Source: Spirochaetia bacterium (GTDB taxonomy: Bacteria; Spirochaetota; Spirochaetia; SZUA-6; Bin103). From it: 64,000 nucleotides of DNA. Shown in pieces: positions 1 through 9,865 of the stretch. The notes under the pieces are model-generated. The model was given only the letters and a program-made list of their open reading frames with translations. It ran no database searches and was not told the DNA's origin. The stretch lies in the NCBI GenBank assembly GCA_965203905.1, contig CBDBDQ010000005.1, positions 3,168,001-3,232,000 of the forward strand. The letters run 5' to 3'. Each line of letters opens with the position of its first letter. The stretch's first letter is position 1. The position numbers were made by a program, and so were the translations under genes.

Positions 1-730
1 CCGAAGCGAACGAGTCTCGGTAGAACTGCTCCACCTCGCCGCCCGTCCACGGTGTGATGTCAACCAGATCGAACACGCGGGCCAGGGATGGCTGGTTGCG
101 AATCAGCTCCTGCCGTCTTTCTTCCAGTCCCACGAGCAGGATGCACAGCCGTGTCTCCTGTTGCGAAGTCGCGACCTCGTCGACGACGCTCTTGAGCCAG
201 TGGGCGAAGTCCACGGACCCGGCCAGGCCGTTGATGTCATCCAGAATGAGCAGCAATGAGGTCCGCTGTTCCAGGTTCCGCATGAGTTGGCGTACCGAGC
301 GCGTGAAACTGTCTACGATCGTGCGCAGATCCTGAGTGCTCAGCGCCAGCTCTACCGAGACTCCGAACAAGCCTACCTTGCGGACTCGATCTCCGAAGAA
401 CTCCACGACCTGCTGGTGCCATGGCCGATCGATGCTGTCCTTGAGCAGCCGGTCGAAGGTACGGTGCGCCATATCGTGCAGGTCGTGGACGCCGCCGAGG
501 TAGACGTGGCAGCCCGTGGCACGGCTCTCACGTTCACACAGGTGACGCACGAACGAAGCCAGCGAGCTCTTGCCGATGCCTCGTTCGCCGGTGATGAAGC
601 CGGTCTTGAACACGCCGCGGTTCGCAGCCCGCACCAGGCCGCTCAGGCGCTCGATTGCATCGCGCCGCCCCACGAAGAACTCGGCCGGGATCGGCTGCCC
701 CGGTCGGAATGGGCTGGATTCCGGCGTCAC
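1..730 (-). CDS. P-loop ATPase of STAND/AAA_16 (archaeal ATPase-like) type, 3' end outside the window
   Basis: Absent from the ORF track because it runs off the edge. Manual translation from GTG at 730 (AGGTGG upstream): MTPESSPFRPGQPIPAEFFVGR, Walker A GERGIGKSS, Walker B LLLILDD. Confidence 0.85.
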   Translation of the reverse strand, partial: MTPESSPFRPGQPIPAEFFVGRRDAIERLSGLVRAANRGVFKTGFITGERGIGKSSLASFVRHLCERESRATGCHVYLGGVHDLHDMAHRTFDRLLKDSIDRPWHQQVVEFFGDRVRKVGLFGVSVELALSTQDLRTIVDSFTRSVRQLMRNLEQRTSLLLILDDINGLAGSVDFAHWLKSVVDEVATSQQETRLCILLVGLEERRQELIRNQPSLARVFDLVDITPWTGGEVEQFYRDSFAS

Positions 731-805
731 TCGTCCACCTTATTCGACCACGCAGGAGGTGTCGATGGTGTCGGTCGCGGCGAATCGCGTGCGATATGAT
801 GCGGT

Positions 806-1831
806 ATGGCGGATCACGACGTGAGTGATGGGCGCGGACAGCGGGTGCTCGTGGTGGGGTGTGGGGGCATGTCGCGGACCTGGTTGCGCTACCTGGCAAG
901 CCGTGAGGAGCTGGAGGTCGTGGGGCTGGTGGATATCGCGCCGGAGGCGGCGGCGGCACGCGCCGCGGAGGCGAGGCTGGAGGTGCCGCACTTCACCGAG
1001 CTGGCGACGGCCCTTGAGCGGACGGAGCCCACGGTGGTGTGCGACGTGACCATACCGGAGGCGCACGCGGGAGTCGCCACCGCCGCGCTGCGGGCGGGCT
1101 GCCACGTGGCGTGCGAGAAGCCGATGGCGCACTCGATGGAGGCGGCGCGCGCCACCAGTGCCCTGGCCGCGGAGAGCGGGCTGAACTACGGTGTCATGCA
1201 GAACCGGCGGTACCGGCCCGCCATCCGTGCGGTGCGTGACATCGTTGCGGCGGGCGCTCTGGGTGGGCTGGGCATCGTCAACGCCGACTTCTACCTGGGG
1301 CCGCACTTCGGCGGCTTTCGCGACGCCATGCGGAGTCCGCTGCTGCTGGACATGGCGATTCACACCTTCGACCAGGCGCGTTTCATCACCGGCTGCGATC
1401 CGCTGGCGGTCTACTGCCACGAGTTCAATCCCGGGTGGTCCTGGTATGCCCACGGGGCGGCCGCCACCGCAGTCTTCGAGATGACTGGCGGGCTCGTGTT
1501 CACTTACCGGGGGAGCTGGTGCAGCGAGGCGCTCAGCACCTCCTGGGAGTCAGCATGGCGGCTGGTCGGTGGCCGCGGGACGCTGTGCTGGGACGGCGAC
1601 GGGCAACCGCGCACGGAGCTGATCGGCGGCGGGGAGGCGGCCGCGCCCACCCCCTACACCGGACCCGAAGGCCACGCGGGCTGTCTGCAGGAGATGTTCG
1701 CCGCCATCGCGGCCGGGCGCCCGGCGGAGACCAGCCACGGCGACAACATCAAGAGCCTGGCGATGGTGTTCGGCGCCATCGAGAGTGCCCGCCGCGGCGC
1801 CCGGGTGGAGATCGCGGAACTGCTGCCGTAA
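806..1831 (+). CDS. Gfo/Idh/MocA family oxidoreductase
   Basis: VVGCGGM Rossmann motif, CEKPM, LDMAIH. Confidence 0.92.
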   Translation: MADHDVSDGRGQRVLVVGCGGMSRTWLRYLASREELEVVGLVDIAPEAAAARAAEARLEVPHFTELATALERTEPTVVCDVTIPEAHAGVATAALRAGCHVACEKPMAHSMEAARATSALAAESGLNYGVMQNRRYRPAIRAVRDIVAAGALGGLGIVNADFYLGPHFGGFRDAMRSPLLLDMAIHTFDQARFITGCDPLAVYCHEFNPGWSWYAHGAAATAVFEMTGGLVFTYRGSWCSEALSTSWESAWRLVGGRGTLCWDGDGQPRTELIGGGEAAAPTPYTGPEGHAGCLQEMFAAIAAGRPAETSHGDNIKSLAMVFGAIESARRGARVEIAELLP

Positions 1832-1859
1832 GCCGAAGCGGGAACCGCCGGTACGGGCG

Positions 1860-2879
1860 CTACTCCTCCCAGGGGTGGAGGATCACCTTCCCGGTCTCGC
1901 CCGTGATCTGCAGATCGAACGCCTCCTGCGCCGCACTCATCGGCAGGCGGTGGGTGATCTGCCGGTCGAGCAGCTCCGCGGAGTCGGCTATCACCCCGAG
2001 CAGGCGCGAGGCGTCGGCCCGGTTGTAGTGCCAAGCGCCATACAAGGACAGGCCCTTGCTGATCATGTCGCGGCTGGTATAGAGGGGCACCTCTCCGCCC
2101 TGGCCGACGAAGGCCAGCCGCCCGCGGCGCCGCAGGCAGTCGAGGGCGAAGCGCTGCGCCGCCCCCACGCCGCTGCAGTCCACCGCGGCGTCCACGCCAC
2201 GTCCCCCGGTGAGTTCCATCACCTGTTCCTGGGCGCTGTCGGCAGTGGGGTCGACGGCCGCAATCGCCCCGAGGCGAACGGCCAGCTCGCGGCGGTAGGG
2301 AATGGTCTCCACGGCGATGGCGCGGGCGCGCCGGTGCATGGCGTTCACGATGCCACCGAGGCCTACGGGACCCATTCCCGTGACCATCACCGTTTCGCCG
2401 CTGCCCACCTCCATGCGCTGCATGGCGCCGAAGGTTGGCCCCAGGCCACAGCACGCCATGCTTCCGTGGTCGAAGGAGACATCTTCGGGCAGGGGTACCA
2501 GGAACCGGTCCTGCTTGATCACGTACTGGGCGTAGGTGCCGGTGCCGTGCTCGTAGATGCCGAGCTGGTCCGGCTTGGGCTGGTCCTGGCAGTGGATGTA
2601 CTCGCCGGCCAGGCACAGGTCGCAGACACCGCAGCTCGTCTGCGGCATCACCGCCACCCGGTCGCCCACCCGCACCAGGCTGGACTGGTCCACCGCCACC
2701 ACCTCGCCGGCTGCCTCGTGCCCCATGGAGCTCATCCCGCGGCCGGCCTTGTAGGCCTTGTACTCGGTGCACATCGGGGCGCTCAGAATCTTCACCACGA
2801 CCCACTCGCCCTGTGGCTCCGGGTCGGGAACATCTACCAATCGAACCTGCTGGTCATCGGTGGTCTGGACTACTCTCAA
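1860..2879 (-). CDS. Zinc-binding (MDR) alcohol/sugar dehydrogenase
   Basis: GHEAAG, structural Zn motif CGVCDLC..C, GMGPVG. TTG start at 2879 chosen because GGAG precedes it. Confidence 0.92.
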   Translation of the reverse strand: MRVVQTTDDQQVRLVDVPDPEPQGEWVVVKILSAPMCTEYKAYKAGRGMSSMGHEAAGEVVAVDQSSLVRVGDRVAVMPQTSCGVCDLCLAGEYIHCQDQPKPDQLGIYEHGTGTYAQYVIKQDRFLVPLPEDVSFDHGSMACCGLGPTFGAMQRMEVGSGETVMVTGMGPVGLGGIVNAMHRRARAIAVETIPYRRELAVRLGAIAAVDPTADSAQEQVMELTGGRGVDAAVDCSGVGAAQRFALDCLRRRGRLAFVGQGGEVPLYTSRDMISKGLSLYGAWHYNRADASRLLGVIADSAELLDRQITHRLPMSAAQEAFDLQITGETGKVILHPWEE

Positions 2880-2895
2880 GGCAATCTCCGCACGC

Positions 2896-2924
2896 ATGAT
2901 AGAGGCGCGGGCCGGGACCGGCAA
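2896..2924 (-). promoter_or_regulatory. Sigma-70-like promoter
   Basis: TTGCCG-17nt-TATCAT on the minus strand upstream of the dehydrogenase. Confidence 0.55.
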
Positions 2925-2964
2925 GGCCGCCCGAGTTTGGTTTCCGGTGGTAGTGAGATGGCGC

Positions 2965-3087
2965 GCTACTCCGGTTCGGCGGCTCGTGCGGCTGCAACCG
3001 GCGCTCCAGGGCGCGCACCAGGATGCGACAGGGATGGTGCTCGCGGCCGACGTGCATCAGTCCGAGCAGCGCACCAACGGGAGTAGC
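2965..3087. repeat. Long imperfect nested inverted repeat (about 120 nt hairpin)
   Basis: GCTACTCC...GGAGTAGC ends, with inner GCTCG/CGAGC, TGCA/TGCA and GCACCA/TGGTGC arms. Confidence 0.5.
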
Positions 3088-3189
3088 CGGGGCGAATGCG
3101 CCTATGCTGCGTCGGCGAATCTGCAAAGCCCAACTCAACCATGGATGCAAAGGCAAGAGGCTCAGATGCTGGCGCTTGTGGGGGTCTTG

Positions 3190-3900
3190 TCATTTGACCG
3201 GCCGCTTCGCGAGTCGGTTCGCTTGGCGGATCTGGTGTGTCAGGCGGCCAACGGTTGTAGACGGATTCCCGAAAGGGTCCCCGGAGTCTTCGCGTCGCGT
3301 GAGCTGTGCTTCTGCACGTTGTTCGGCCTGTTCGACTCGGGTCACCAGATCATCGCAATCAGGAGTTTTTCCGCCATCCCTCACGTAGTCGGGACGTATT
3401 CGCTCGAGGAGCCTTTGTATCTTGTCTCGCTCCTCACTCCGATCATGGTCTTGCTCGTGCAGAATCAACCAGAGTTCAAAGCATGGATTAGAGCGGGCGA
3501 CATGAACGCCGCCGTGTGTGCATAACGCAACAGCCTCTTGGAAGCGAGGATGCTCGTCGCGGTCGAAGACCGCCCACACCTGGTCGCTCTCTTCGAACGA
3601 ATTCACTCGGCGGCTGCGGGGCGCGAGTCCAGCCGACTTGGCCCGTGCGACGGCTTTCTCGGCGATGGTATAGGGCACTCCCACCGCGGGCTCGACGAGC
3701 ACCTCGATCTGTGCGCTGTTGCAGACGCGCTTGATCGCGCGGAAGTAGGTGGGCTCGGTATTCTTGCCCTCGCAGAACAGGATGAAGCGTCTCGTGGGCT
3801 CGCGTTGGTACTTGCCTCGCCTCAGGTCAGGCGTCCGGCGTTCCCGACGGCTAGTGCGACGTGCCAAGAGTGGAGATCGGGTCCGCGAGCGGAATCGCAC
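3190..3900 (-). CDS. rloB: RloB family (TOPRIM-like) protein, AbiLii-like
   Basis: ILFCEGKNTEPTYF, VWAVFDRD, SNPCFELWLILH and NPSTTV motifs. Overlaps the 3' end of the AAA_21 gene; the true start may be TTG 3867. Confidence 0.9.
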   Translation of the reverse strand: MRFRSRTRSPLLARRTSRRERRTPDLRRGKYQREPTRRFILFCEGKNTEPTYFRAIKRVCNSAQIEVLVEPAVGVPYTIAEKAVARAKSAGLAPRSRRVNSFEESDQVWAVFDRDEHPRFQEAVALCTHGGVHVARSNPCFELWLILHEQDHDRSEERDKIQRLLERIRPDYVRDGGKTPDCDDLVTRVEQAEQRAEAQLTRREDSGDPFGNPSTTVGRLTHQIRQANRLAKRPVK

Positions 3901-5122
3901 CGTAACGGCCTTGCAGATACCCTTTCTCGAAATTGTCGCCGCTACGAGTTCGAATCTCCGTCAGCGGAAACAGAACCGTGGCTCCATACGGGTCCTTTTC
4001 CGTGAACCAGACTTGGTCACGTCGCAACAACTGCGAAGCCAGCAGATTGGTGTCGTGGGTCGTGGCGACGAGCTGCGCCCCCTTCGGATTTGTCTGTTGC
4101 GAGCAGAACAACTGCACAACGGCCTCACTGGCAAGAGTGTGCAGGCTGGCGTCCAGTTCGTCGATCACCACCGGCGCGCCGTCGTCAAGTGCACGGTACA
4201 CAAGACTCAGCACCAGCAGAAGCCGTAGCGTACCTGCGCTCTCCATTCCTAGTTCTAGATATGCTGGCCTTCCGCGTCGGGTTCTGTGCGCAAGTTCGAC
4301 AGTGTATTGCTTGTTGTTCGTGTCGAATTCGATCGGTATGGTCGTCCTCCGGTTGATCAAGTCGAATAGTTCCTGCCGAAGGGTCAGCATTTCTTCGGTA
4401 AGCGCGGTCTCCTTGCGCCGAAAGTCACATACCCCAGTATTGATCCGTCCGAGAAACTCGATCACTCGATGATCTATCCCATCCTGAGTGAGTGCCGTAG
4501 CCACCTCCTCGCTCGGAACAGAGATACTCATGAAACTAACAAGCGACAGAAAGTAGCTAAATACTTCAGAAAGTTGTTTGTGCCGATTCTGGGCCGCTGC
4601 CGACAAGAACAGGGTGTTTGGCTTGGTTAACTCCGCGATGACATTGTTCCGCCCACGTAACTCCCGGCCGAAACGATAGGTGTCACCGTGTCGTTCGAAC
4701 AGCGTGCGGCGGTGCGATTTGGGAAACGCGTACAGCCACTCGGACTCGAATTTGGTATTGGTCGCTTCGAAGCCGTAGTGGTAGCGGATGCCGTGCAGGA
4801 TAAAGTCGATATCGTATTGCGACGGCTTCCCCGATGACACGGCATCGAGCTTGAAGGCGAAATGCGGCATGCCACCGCCGGGAAACCCCTGCGTCTGAGA
4901 GCGCAGCACGAAGCGCCGCATGGTCCCTATGGCGTGGATGAGGTTGCTCTTGCCCGACGCGTTGGCGCCGTAGATCACCACGGCGGGCACGATCGACCCT
5001 CTCGGAGCAGCAGCGCAGTCGATCAGTCCTTCCTGCCGGTCTCGCAGAGAGGACGCTGTGAACAGCAGTTCTTGCTCATCGCGGATGGAAAGGTGGTTGG
5101 AGACGCCAAAGCGTAATAACAT
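3851..5122 (-). CDS. rloA: RloA-like AAA_21 (ABC-type) ATPase, AbiLi-like
   Basis: MLLRFGVSNHLSIRD start, GANASGKSN Walker A, ESAGT signature, IDELDASLH, ATTHD, RRDQVWF, YLQGRYGA. Confidence 0.9.
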   Translation of the reverse strand: MLLRFGVSNHLSIRDEQELLFTASSLRDRQEGLIDCAAAPRGSIVPAVVIYGANASGKSNLIHAIGTMRRFVLRSQTQGFPGGGMPHFAFKLDAVSSGKPSQYDIDFILHGIRYHYGFEATNTKFESEWLYAFPKSHRRTLFERHGDTYRFGRELRGRNNVIAELTKPNTLFLSAAAQNRHKQLSEVFSYFLSLVSFMSISVPSEEVATALTQDGIDHRVIEFLGRINTGVCDFRRKETALTEEMLTLRQELFDLINRRTTIPIEFDTNNKQYTVELAHRTRRGRPAYLELGMESAGTLRLLLVLSLVYRALDDGAPVVIDELDASLHTLASEAVVQLFCSQQTNPKGAQLVATTHDTNLLASQLLRRDQVWFTEKDPYGATVLFPLTEIRTRSGDNFEKGYLQGRYGAIPLADPISTLGTSH

Positions 5123-5391
5123 GTGGCAGATCCCTGTTTTCCGATGGAGAGTGTGCAGAGAAACGCTATAGTATGCAAGAATACTGCGAATATTTCCGAA
5201 ATTCGTCAAGCGGCCTGCGTAATATCTTGCAGCGCCCAGTCGCCTGTCCGCTAAGGACCGCGATGGGCATCGCGCCGCTGGCAAGCGCAGCCTGCTAGCG
5301 CAGGTGAGTGCTCCTGGCCGCTTGCCGGCGCCGGAGCGGCACCAGTAACTTGCCGCTCCGTGGCCAACTACGCACGGCACCAGGAGCCCTC

Positions 5392-7617
5392 GTGAGCACC
5401 ATCGCCGGACCGGACGACGACAGCCTCACTCCCCGCCAGCAGCGCGTCGCACAGCGCAACTTCACGTTGTTCTCCTTCCTCAACGTGATCTCGTTTCAGC
5501 TCCTGACCGGCAACATCATCGCCCTCTACGCGCTGCGCCTCGGGGCCAACGACCTGCTGGTGGGGATGCTCTACTCGTTCGTTCCCCTGGGCCACATCCT
5601 GCCGCTGCTGGGCCGGGCTATCGTGCGCCGCCTCGGCACCGTGCGCACCATGGGCGTGTTCTGGATCGTCCGCTATGTCCTCATGACCCCGATCCTGTTC
5701 GCGCCGCTGTTCGCGCGCAGCGAGTCGCCGGCCGCCATCTGGCTCATCGCCGCCAGCGTGGTCGGCTTCAACCTGGCGCGGGGGATCGCCGTCACCGGCC
5801 ACAACGCCATCGTCGGGGCGATCACCACGCAGGAGGAGCGCGGTTCGTTCCTGGCGCGCAACCAGCTCGTGGGCCATTTCGGCGCCATCGGTACCGGCGT
5901 CGCCGTCGGCCTGTTGCTGCAGGAGCAGTCGCCGCTGTTCCTGTTCTCGCTGTTGCTGGGCTTCGGCATCGCGGTCGGCTTCGCCTCCACCCGCGTCGTG
6001 TTTCGCTTTCCCGAGCCGCCGGCCCCGGAACGCGGCAGCGGCTTCCTGGGCTCGGTGGCGCGGGCCCTGCGCCGTGCCGGCGTGCTCCGCTTCGTGCTGC
6101 TGCTGGCGCTGAACAGCTTCGTCGCCTCCATGGTGCTGCCGTTCCTGGTGGTCTACGTGAAGCGGGTGCACGAGCTGGGAGACAACGCCACCATGCTGCT
6201 GTCCGCAATCGGCTCGGTGGGAGCGATCGTGATGGCGCTGGTGAGCGGCTTCGTGATCGACCGCGTCGGCGCCAAGCCGCTGATGACGGTGTTCACCGCG
6301 ATCCTTACGGTGACCGTGGTGCTAGTGGCGGTGGCGCCGCCGCTGGGCAGTCCCGAGGCGGTGTGGATCTACCTGGGCGCGGTGTTCTTCTTCGCTACCT
6401 TCGGCTCCAACGGCATCGCCGGCGCCCTCAGCGTCTACTACTTCAACCTGACGCCGCGCGCGGAACGGCTCAACCTGGGAGTTCTCAACTTCCTGGTGAC
6501 CGGAATCCCGGCTTCGCTGGGTGCCTTGGCCGGCGGAGTGGTCCTGGAGCGCCTGGCGACGCTCGGCTTCGAGACCGGCGATGTGTACCGGCTCTACTAC
6601 GGTGCGCTGGTGGCGGCATACGTCGGGATCCTGCTGCTTACCACCCGGCTGGAACGACTCGGCGCCTACCGGGTGCACGACCTCCTGAGCATCTTCGTCT
6701 CACCGCGCCAATTGCGCGCACTGGCTCTGCTGCACCGGCTGAAGGCGAGCCGGACGCCGGCGCGCGAGCAGTCCCTGGTGCGCCGGCTCGGCGACGTGCA
6801 GTCGCGGCTGGCGGGACCGGATCTGCTGCGCAGCCTGGCCTCGCCCCGCTTCGCCGTGCGCACCGAGGTGCTCGACGCCTTGTCCGAGATACCGGCAAAC
6901 GACGAGATCGCGCGTGCCCTCATAGCCGAGGTCGAGCAACAACCCTTCACCACTGCCCACAAGGCGGCGGAGCTGATCGGCCGCAAACAGATCCTGGAGG
7001 GCGTCGAGGTGCTGCGGCGGGGCCTGTCCTCTCCCGACATCTTTCTGCAGGGCAAGTGCATGATCGCGCTCGCGCGCCTCGGCGACACCGAGAGTCGTAA
7101 CCCCATCGAAGAGATCTTCACCTCCACCACCAACCCCAGGCTGCTGATCCACGGTGCGGCCGCACTGGAGCTGTACGGCGATCCGGACTGTCTGGGCGTC
7201 CTGCTGGCGGCGCTGGAGCGCGCCTCGACCCGATACGTGCGTGACGAGGTGATCCTTTCCGCTGCCGGAGTCCTGGAGATGGCAGACGCCTTCTATCCGA
7301 TGTACCAGGGATTCCTGGTGGCGCCGCGGCGCGGTCTGGCGCTGGTGACCGACTTCGTGGCCGAGCACCAGGAGCAGCGGCGCCTGCCGCCGCAGACCTT
7401 GAACCTGGTGACGGCGCCGCTGGCCCGGTTCGGCGACCCGCCGGCGTTTCGCGCCGCCGCCGCCCAAGCCCTGGAGCAGGTGCCGGTGGTGGTCAACGAA
7501 ACGCCGCTGGCGGGTACCCTGGTGCAGGCATTGGAACGTCCCACCACCGGGGAGCTGGATCATTACCGCTTTCTCGTAACAGCGACGGTGGCGTTTCGCG
7601 CCTGGCGCAAGCCATGA
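5392..7617 (+). CDS. MFS transporter fused to a C-terminal HEAT-repeat region
   Basis: About 12 hydrophobic segments, G..IDRVGAK MFS motif, then helical HEAT-like repeats. GTG 5392 follows AGGAG. Confidence 0.85.
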   Translation: MSTIAGPDDDSLTPRQQRVAQRNFTLFSFLNVISFQLLTGNIIALYALRLGANDLLVGMLYSFVPLGHILPLLGRAIVRRLGTVRTMGVFWIVRYVLMTPILFAPLFARSESPAAIWLIAASVVGFNLARGIAVTGHNAIVGAITTQEERGSFLARNQLVGHFGAIGTGVAVGLLLQEQSPLFLFSLLLGFGIAVGFASTRVVFRFPEPPAPERGSGFLGSVARALRRAGVLRFVLLLALNSFVASMVLPFLVVYVKRVHELGDNATMLLSAIGSVGAIVMALVSGFVIDRVGAKPLMTVFTAILTVTVVLVAVAPPLGSPEAVWIYLGAVFFFATFGSNGIAGALSVYYFNLTPRAERLNLGVLNFLVTGIPASLGALAGGVVLERLATLGFETGDVYRLYYGALVAAYVGILLLTTRLERLGAYRVHDLLSIFVSPRQLRALALLHRLKASRTPAREQSLVRRLGDVQSRLAGPDLLRSLASPRFAVRTEVLDALSEIPANDEIARALIAEVEQQPFTTAHKAAELIGRKQILEGVEVLRRGLSSPDIFLQGKCMIALARLGDTESRNPIEEIFTSTTNPRLLIHGAAALELYGDPDCLGVLLAALERASTRYVRDEVILSAAGVLEMADAFYPMYQGFLVAPRRGLALVTDFVAEHQEQRRLPPQTLNLVTAPLARFGDPPAFRAAAAQALEQVPVVVNETPLAGTLVQALERPTTGELDHYRFLVTATVAFRAWRKP

Positions 7618-7659
7618 TCCCCCGCGGAGGGCACCGTTTCCGGTCAGGGGTCCCGCCGC

Positions 7660-8628
7660 TCACAGCGCGATGAGGCGGCCTTCGGTGGCGGAGCGCTCCG
7701 CCGCCTCCACGATGCGTTGGGCGGCGACGGCGTCCTCCATGGTGGAGAGCGGCGGCGGGCCGCCGTCGCGCACGTGGGCGACGAAGTGCTGCACCTCGCG
7801 ATAGATCGTGTAGGGGTAGGCGCTGTAGGTCTGGGAGTGGGCGTCGGCCGGCTTGTTCTGCACCCAGTCGCGGTAGCTGTAGCGGGCGGCGCCGTCGGTG
7901 CCGATCGCCTTCACCTGCACGGTCCACGGATCGCCGGAGTGGTCATCGGCGGCGAAGCTGGCCTGCAGATGGGCCAGCGCGCCCGACCGCATCCGCAGGT
8001 TCACCATGGCGATGTCTTCCTGGGTGATTTCCCGGTAGTGCAGGGTCGCCTTCATGGCGGTGAGCTCGCTCGGGCGGCCGGCGAGGAACAGCAGAATGTA
8101 GGCGTGATGGGTCAGGATCTGGCGAATCACCCCCGGAAACAGCCGCGCGATCTCCTCCGCGTGGTGAATGTTGTAGAGCACGTACACCGCTATCAGGCGG
8201 CCCAGCGCGCCACCCTCGATCAGCTCGCGGGCTCGCTGCACTCCATCCTCGTAGATGTAGTTGTGGCCCGGCATGCACACCAGGCCCGCCGCTGCCGCGG
8301 CCGCCGCCATCTCCTCGATCTCGGCCACGGTGACGCCCACCGGCTTTTCCACCAGCACGTGCTTGCCCGCCGCCAGCGCCTGCAGCGTCAACTCGTGATG
8401 GGTCTCCAGGTTGGTGAGCACGTGCACCGCGTCGACGGCGGGATCCGCCAGCAGCTCGGCCACGCTGTCGTAGCGGGCGCAGCCGTAGGCCTGCGCCTTC
8501 TCCTCGGCCCGCTGCGGCGTGCGGTTCCACAGCCCCACCAGGCGCGCCCCGGCACAGCGTGCCACCGCCTCGGCGTGCAGGTTGGCCACCATCCCCGCAC
8601 CGATGAATCCGATTCCCAATTGCTTCAT
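7660..8628 (-). CDS. Gfo/Idh/MocA family oxidoreductase
   Basis: GFIGAGMV, GKHVLVEKP. Confidence 0.92.
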   Translation of the reverse strand: MKQLGIGFIGAGMVANLHAEAVARCAGARLVGLWNRTPQRAEEKAQAYGCARYDSVAELLADPAVDAVHVLTNLETHHELTLQALAAGKHVLVEKPVGVTVAEIEEMAAAAAAAGLVCMPGHNYIYEDGVQRARELIEGGALGRLIAVYVLYNIHHAEEIARLFPGVIRQILTHHAYILLFLAGRPSELTAMKATLHYREITQEDIAMVNLRMRSGALAHLQASFAADDHSGDPWTVQVKAIGTDGAARYSYRDWVQNKPADAHSQTYSAYPYTIYREVQHFVAHVRDGGPPPLSTMEDAVAAQRIVEAAERSATEGRLIAL

Positions 8629-8836
8629 GCTTCAGCCGAACCTCCGTTGCGCGTCGCTGCGCAGGGCGCTGAGCATACGCCGCTCCCGCCGCCACGGCCA
8701 AGCGCTTCCTCGGCACCGCGACTCTTGCAGCCCTGGAGCGGATCCTGGCGCAGGCGGCGCAGGGAGGCTGAACGAACACGAGCGACCGAGCTGCCGCTGC
8801 CGCGGCGATGGCAGCCATGATAGGGTGCCGGCAGCT

Positions 8837-9865
8837 ATGCAGTATCGACGGATGGGACGCACCGGGCTGAAGGTGTCGGAGCTGTGCCTCGGCACCATGA
8901 CCTTCGGGGTCAGCGCGGATGCGGCCGCCGCGGCGCGGATGGTGGACGCCGCCCTCGGCGCCGGGGTGAACTTCATCGACACGGCCAACGCCTACGCCGG
9001 CGGCGAGTCGGAGCGGCTGTTGGGCAAGGCCCTCGGCGGGCGCCGCGACCAGGTGGTGGTGGCCACCAAGTTCTTCAATCCCATGGGCGGCGGCGTCAAC
9101 GACTCCGGCATGTCGCGGGTGCACATCATGCGCGCGGTCGACGACAGCCTGCGGCGCCTGGGCACCGACTGGGTGGATCTCTACTACATCCATCACGTCG
9201 ACGTGGAGACCGAGCTGGACGAGATGCTGCACGCGGTCGACACCCTGGTGCGGCAGGGCAAGGTGCGCTATCCGGCCTGCAGCAACTACGAGGCGTGGCG
9301 GTTGAGCGAGGCGCTGTGGCTCAGCGACCACTCCGGCCTGGCCCGCTTCGAGTGCTACCAGCCGCAGTACAGCCTGGTGGTGCGCGACATCGAGCTGGAG
9401 CTGCTGCCGCTGTGTGCCTACAAGCGCCTCGGGGTGGCGGTGTGGGCGCCGCTGGCGGGAGGCTTCCTGAGCGGCAGCTACCGGCCGGGCATGCAGGTGC
9501 GGGAGGGGTCCCGCTCGGCCGAGGGGTGGGCCTATCCGGGCCGCTTCTTCGCGCCGTCGGCCGACGCCACGTTGCGCCTGCTGCTGGAGCGGGCCCCGGA
9601 GACCGGCCGCACGCCGGCGCAGGTGGCGTTGCGCTGGGTCATGGACCGGCCGGGCATCACCTCGGCCATCGTCGGCGCCCGTGACGCCGGCCAGTTGGCG
9701 GAGAACCTGGGCGCGGCCGGCTGGCGTCTCGACGCCGAGCTGGCGCAGGCGCTTACCGCGGTGAGCGAGCCGGCGCCGCGCTACCCGCAGGCGATGGAAG
9801 CGGACATGGCGCAGCGCCGCGCCGAGGCGGTGGTCGTGCCGGGGCGCGAAGGAGGAACGGCATGA
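8837..9865 (+). CDS. Aldo/keto reductase
   Basis: MQYRRMGRTGLKVSELCLGTMTFG, DTANAY, VATK, SLRRLGTDWVDLYYIH. Confidence 0.95.
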   Translation: MQYRRMGRTGLKVSELCLGTMTFGVSADAAAAARMVDAALGAGVNFIDTANAYAGGESERLLGKALGGRRDQVVVATKFFNPMGGGVNDSGMSRVHIMRAVDDSLRRLGTDWVDLYYIHHVDVETELDEMLHAVDTLVRQGKVRYPACSNYEAWRLSEALWLSDHSGLARFECYQPQYSLVVRDIELELLPLCAYKRLGVAVWAPLAGGFLSGSYRPGMQVREGSRSAEGWAYPGRFFAPSADATLRLLLERAPETGRTPAQVALRWVMDRPGITSAIVGARDAGQLAENLGAAGWRLDAELAQALTAVSEPAPRYPQAMEADMAQRRAEAVVVPGREGGTA

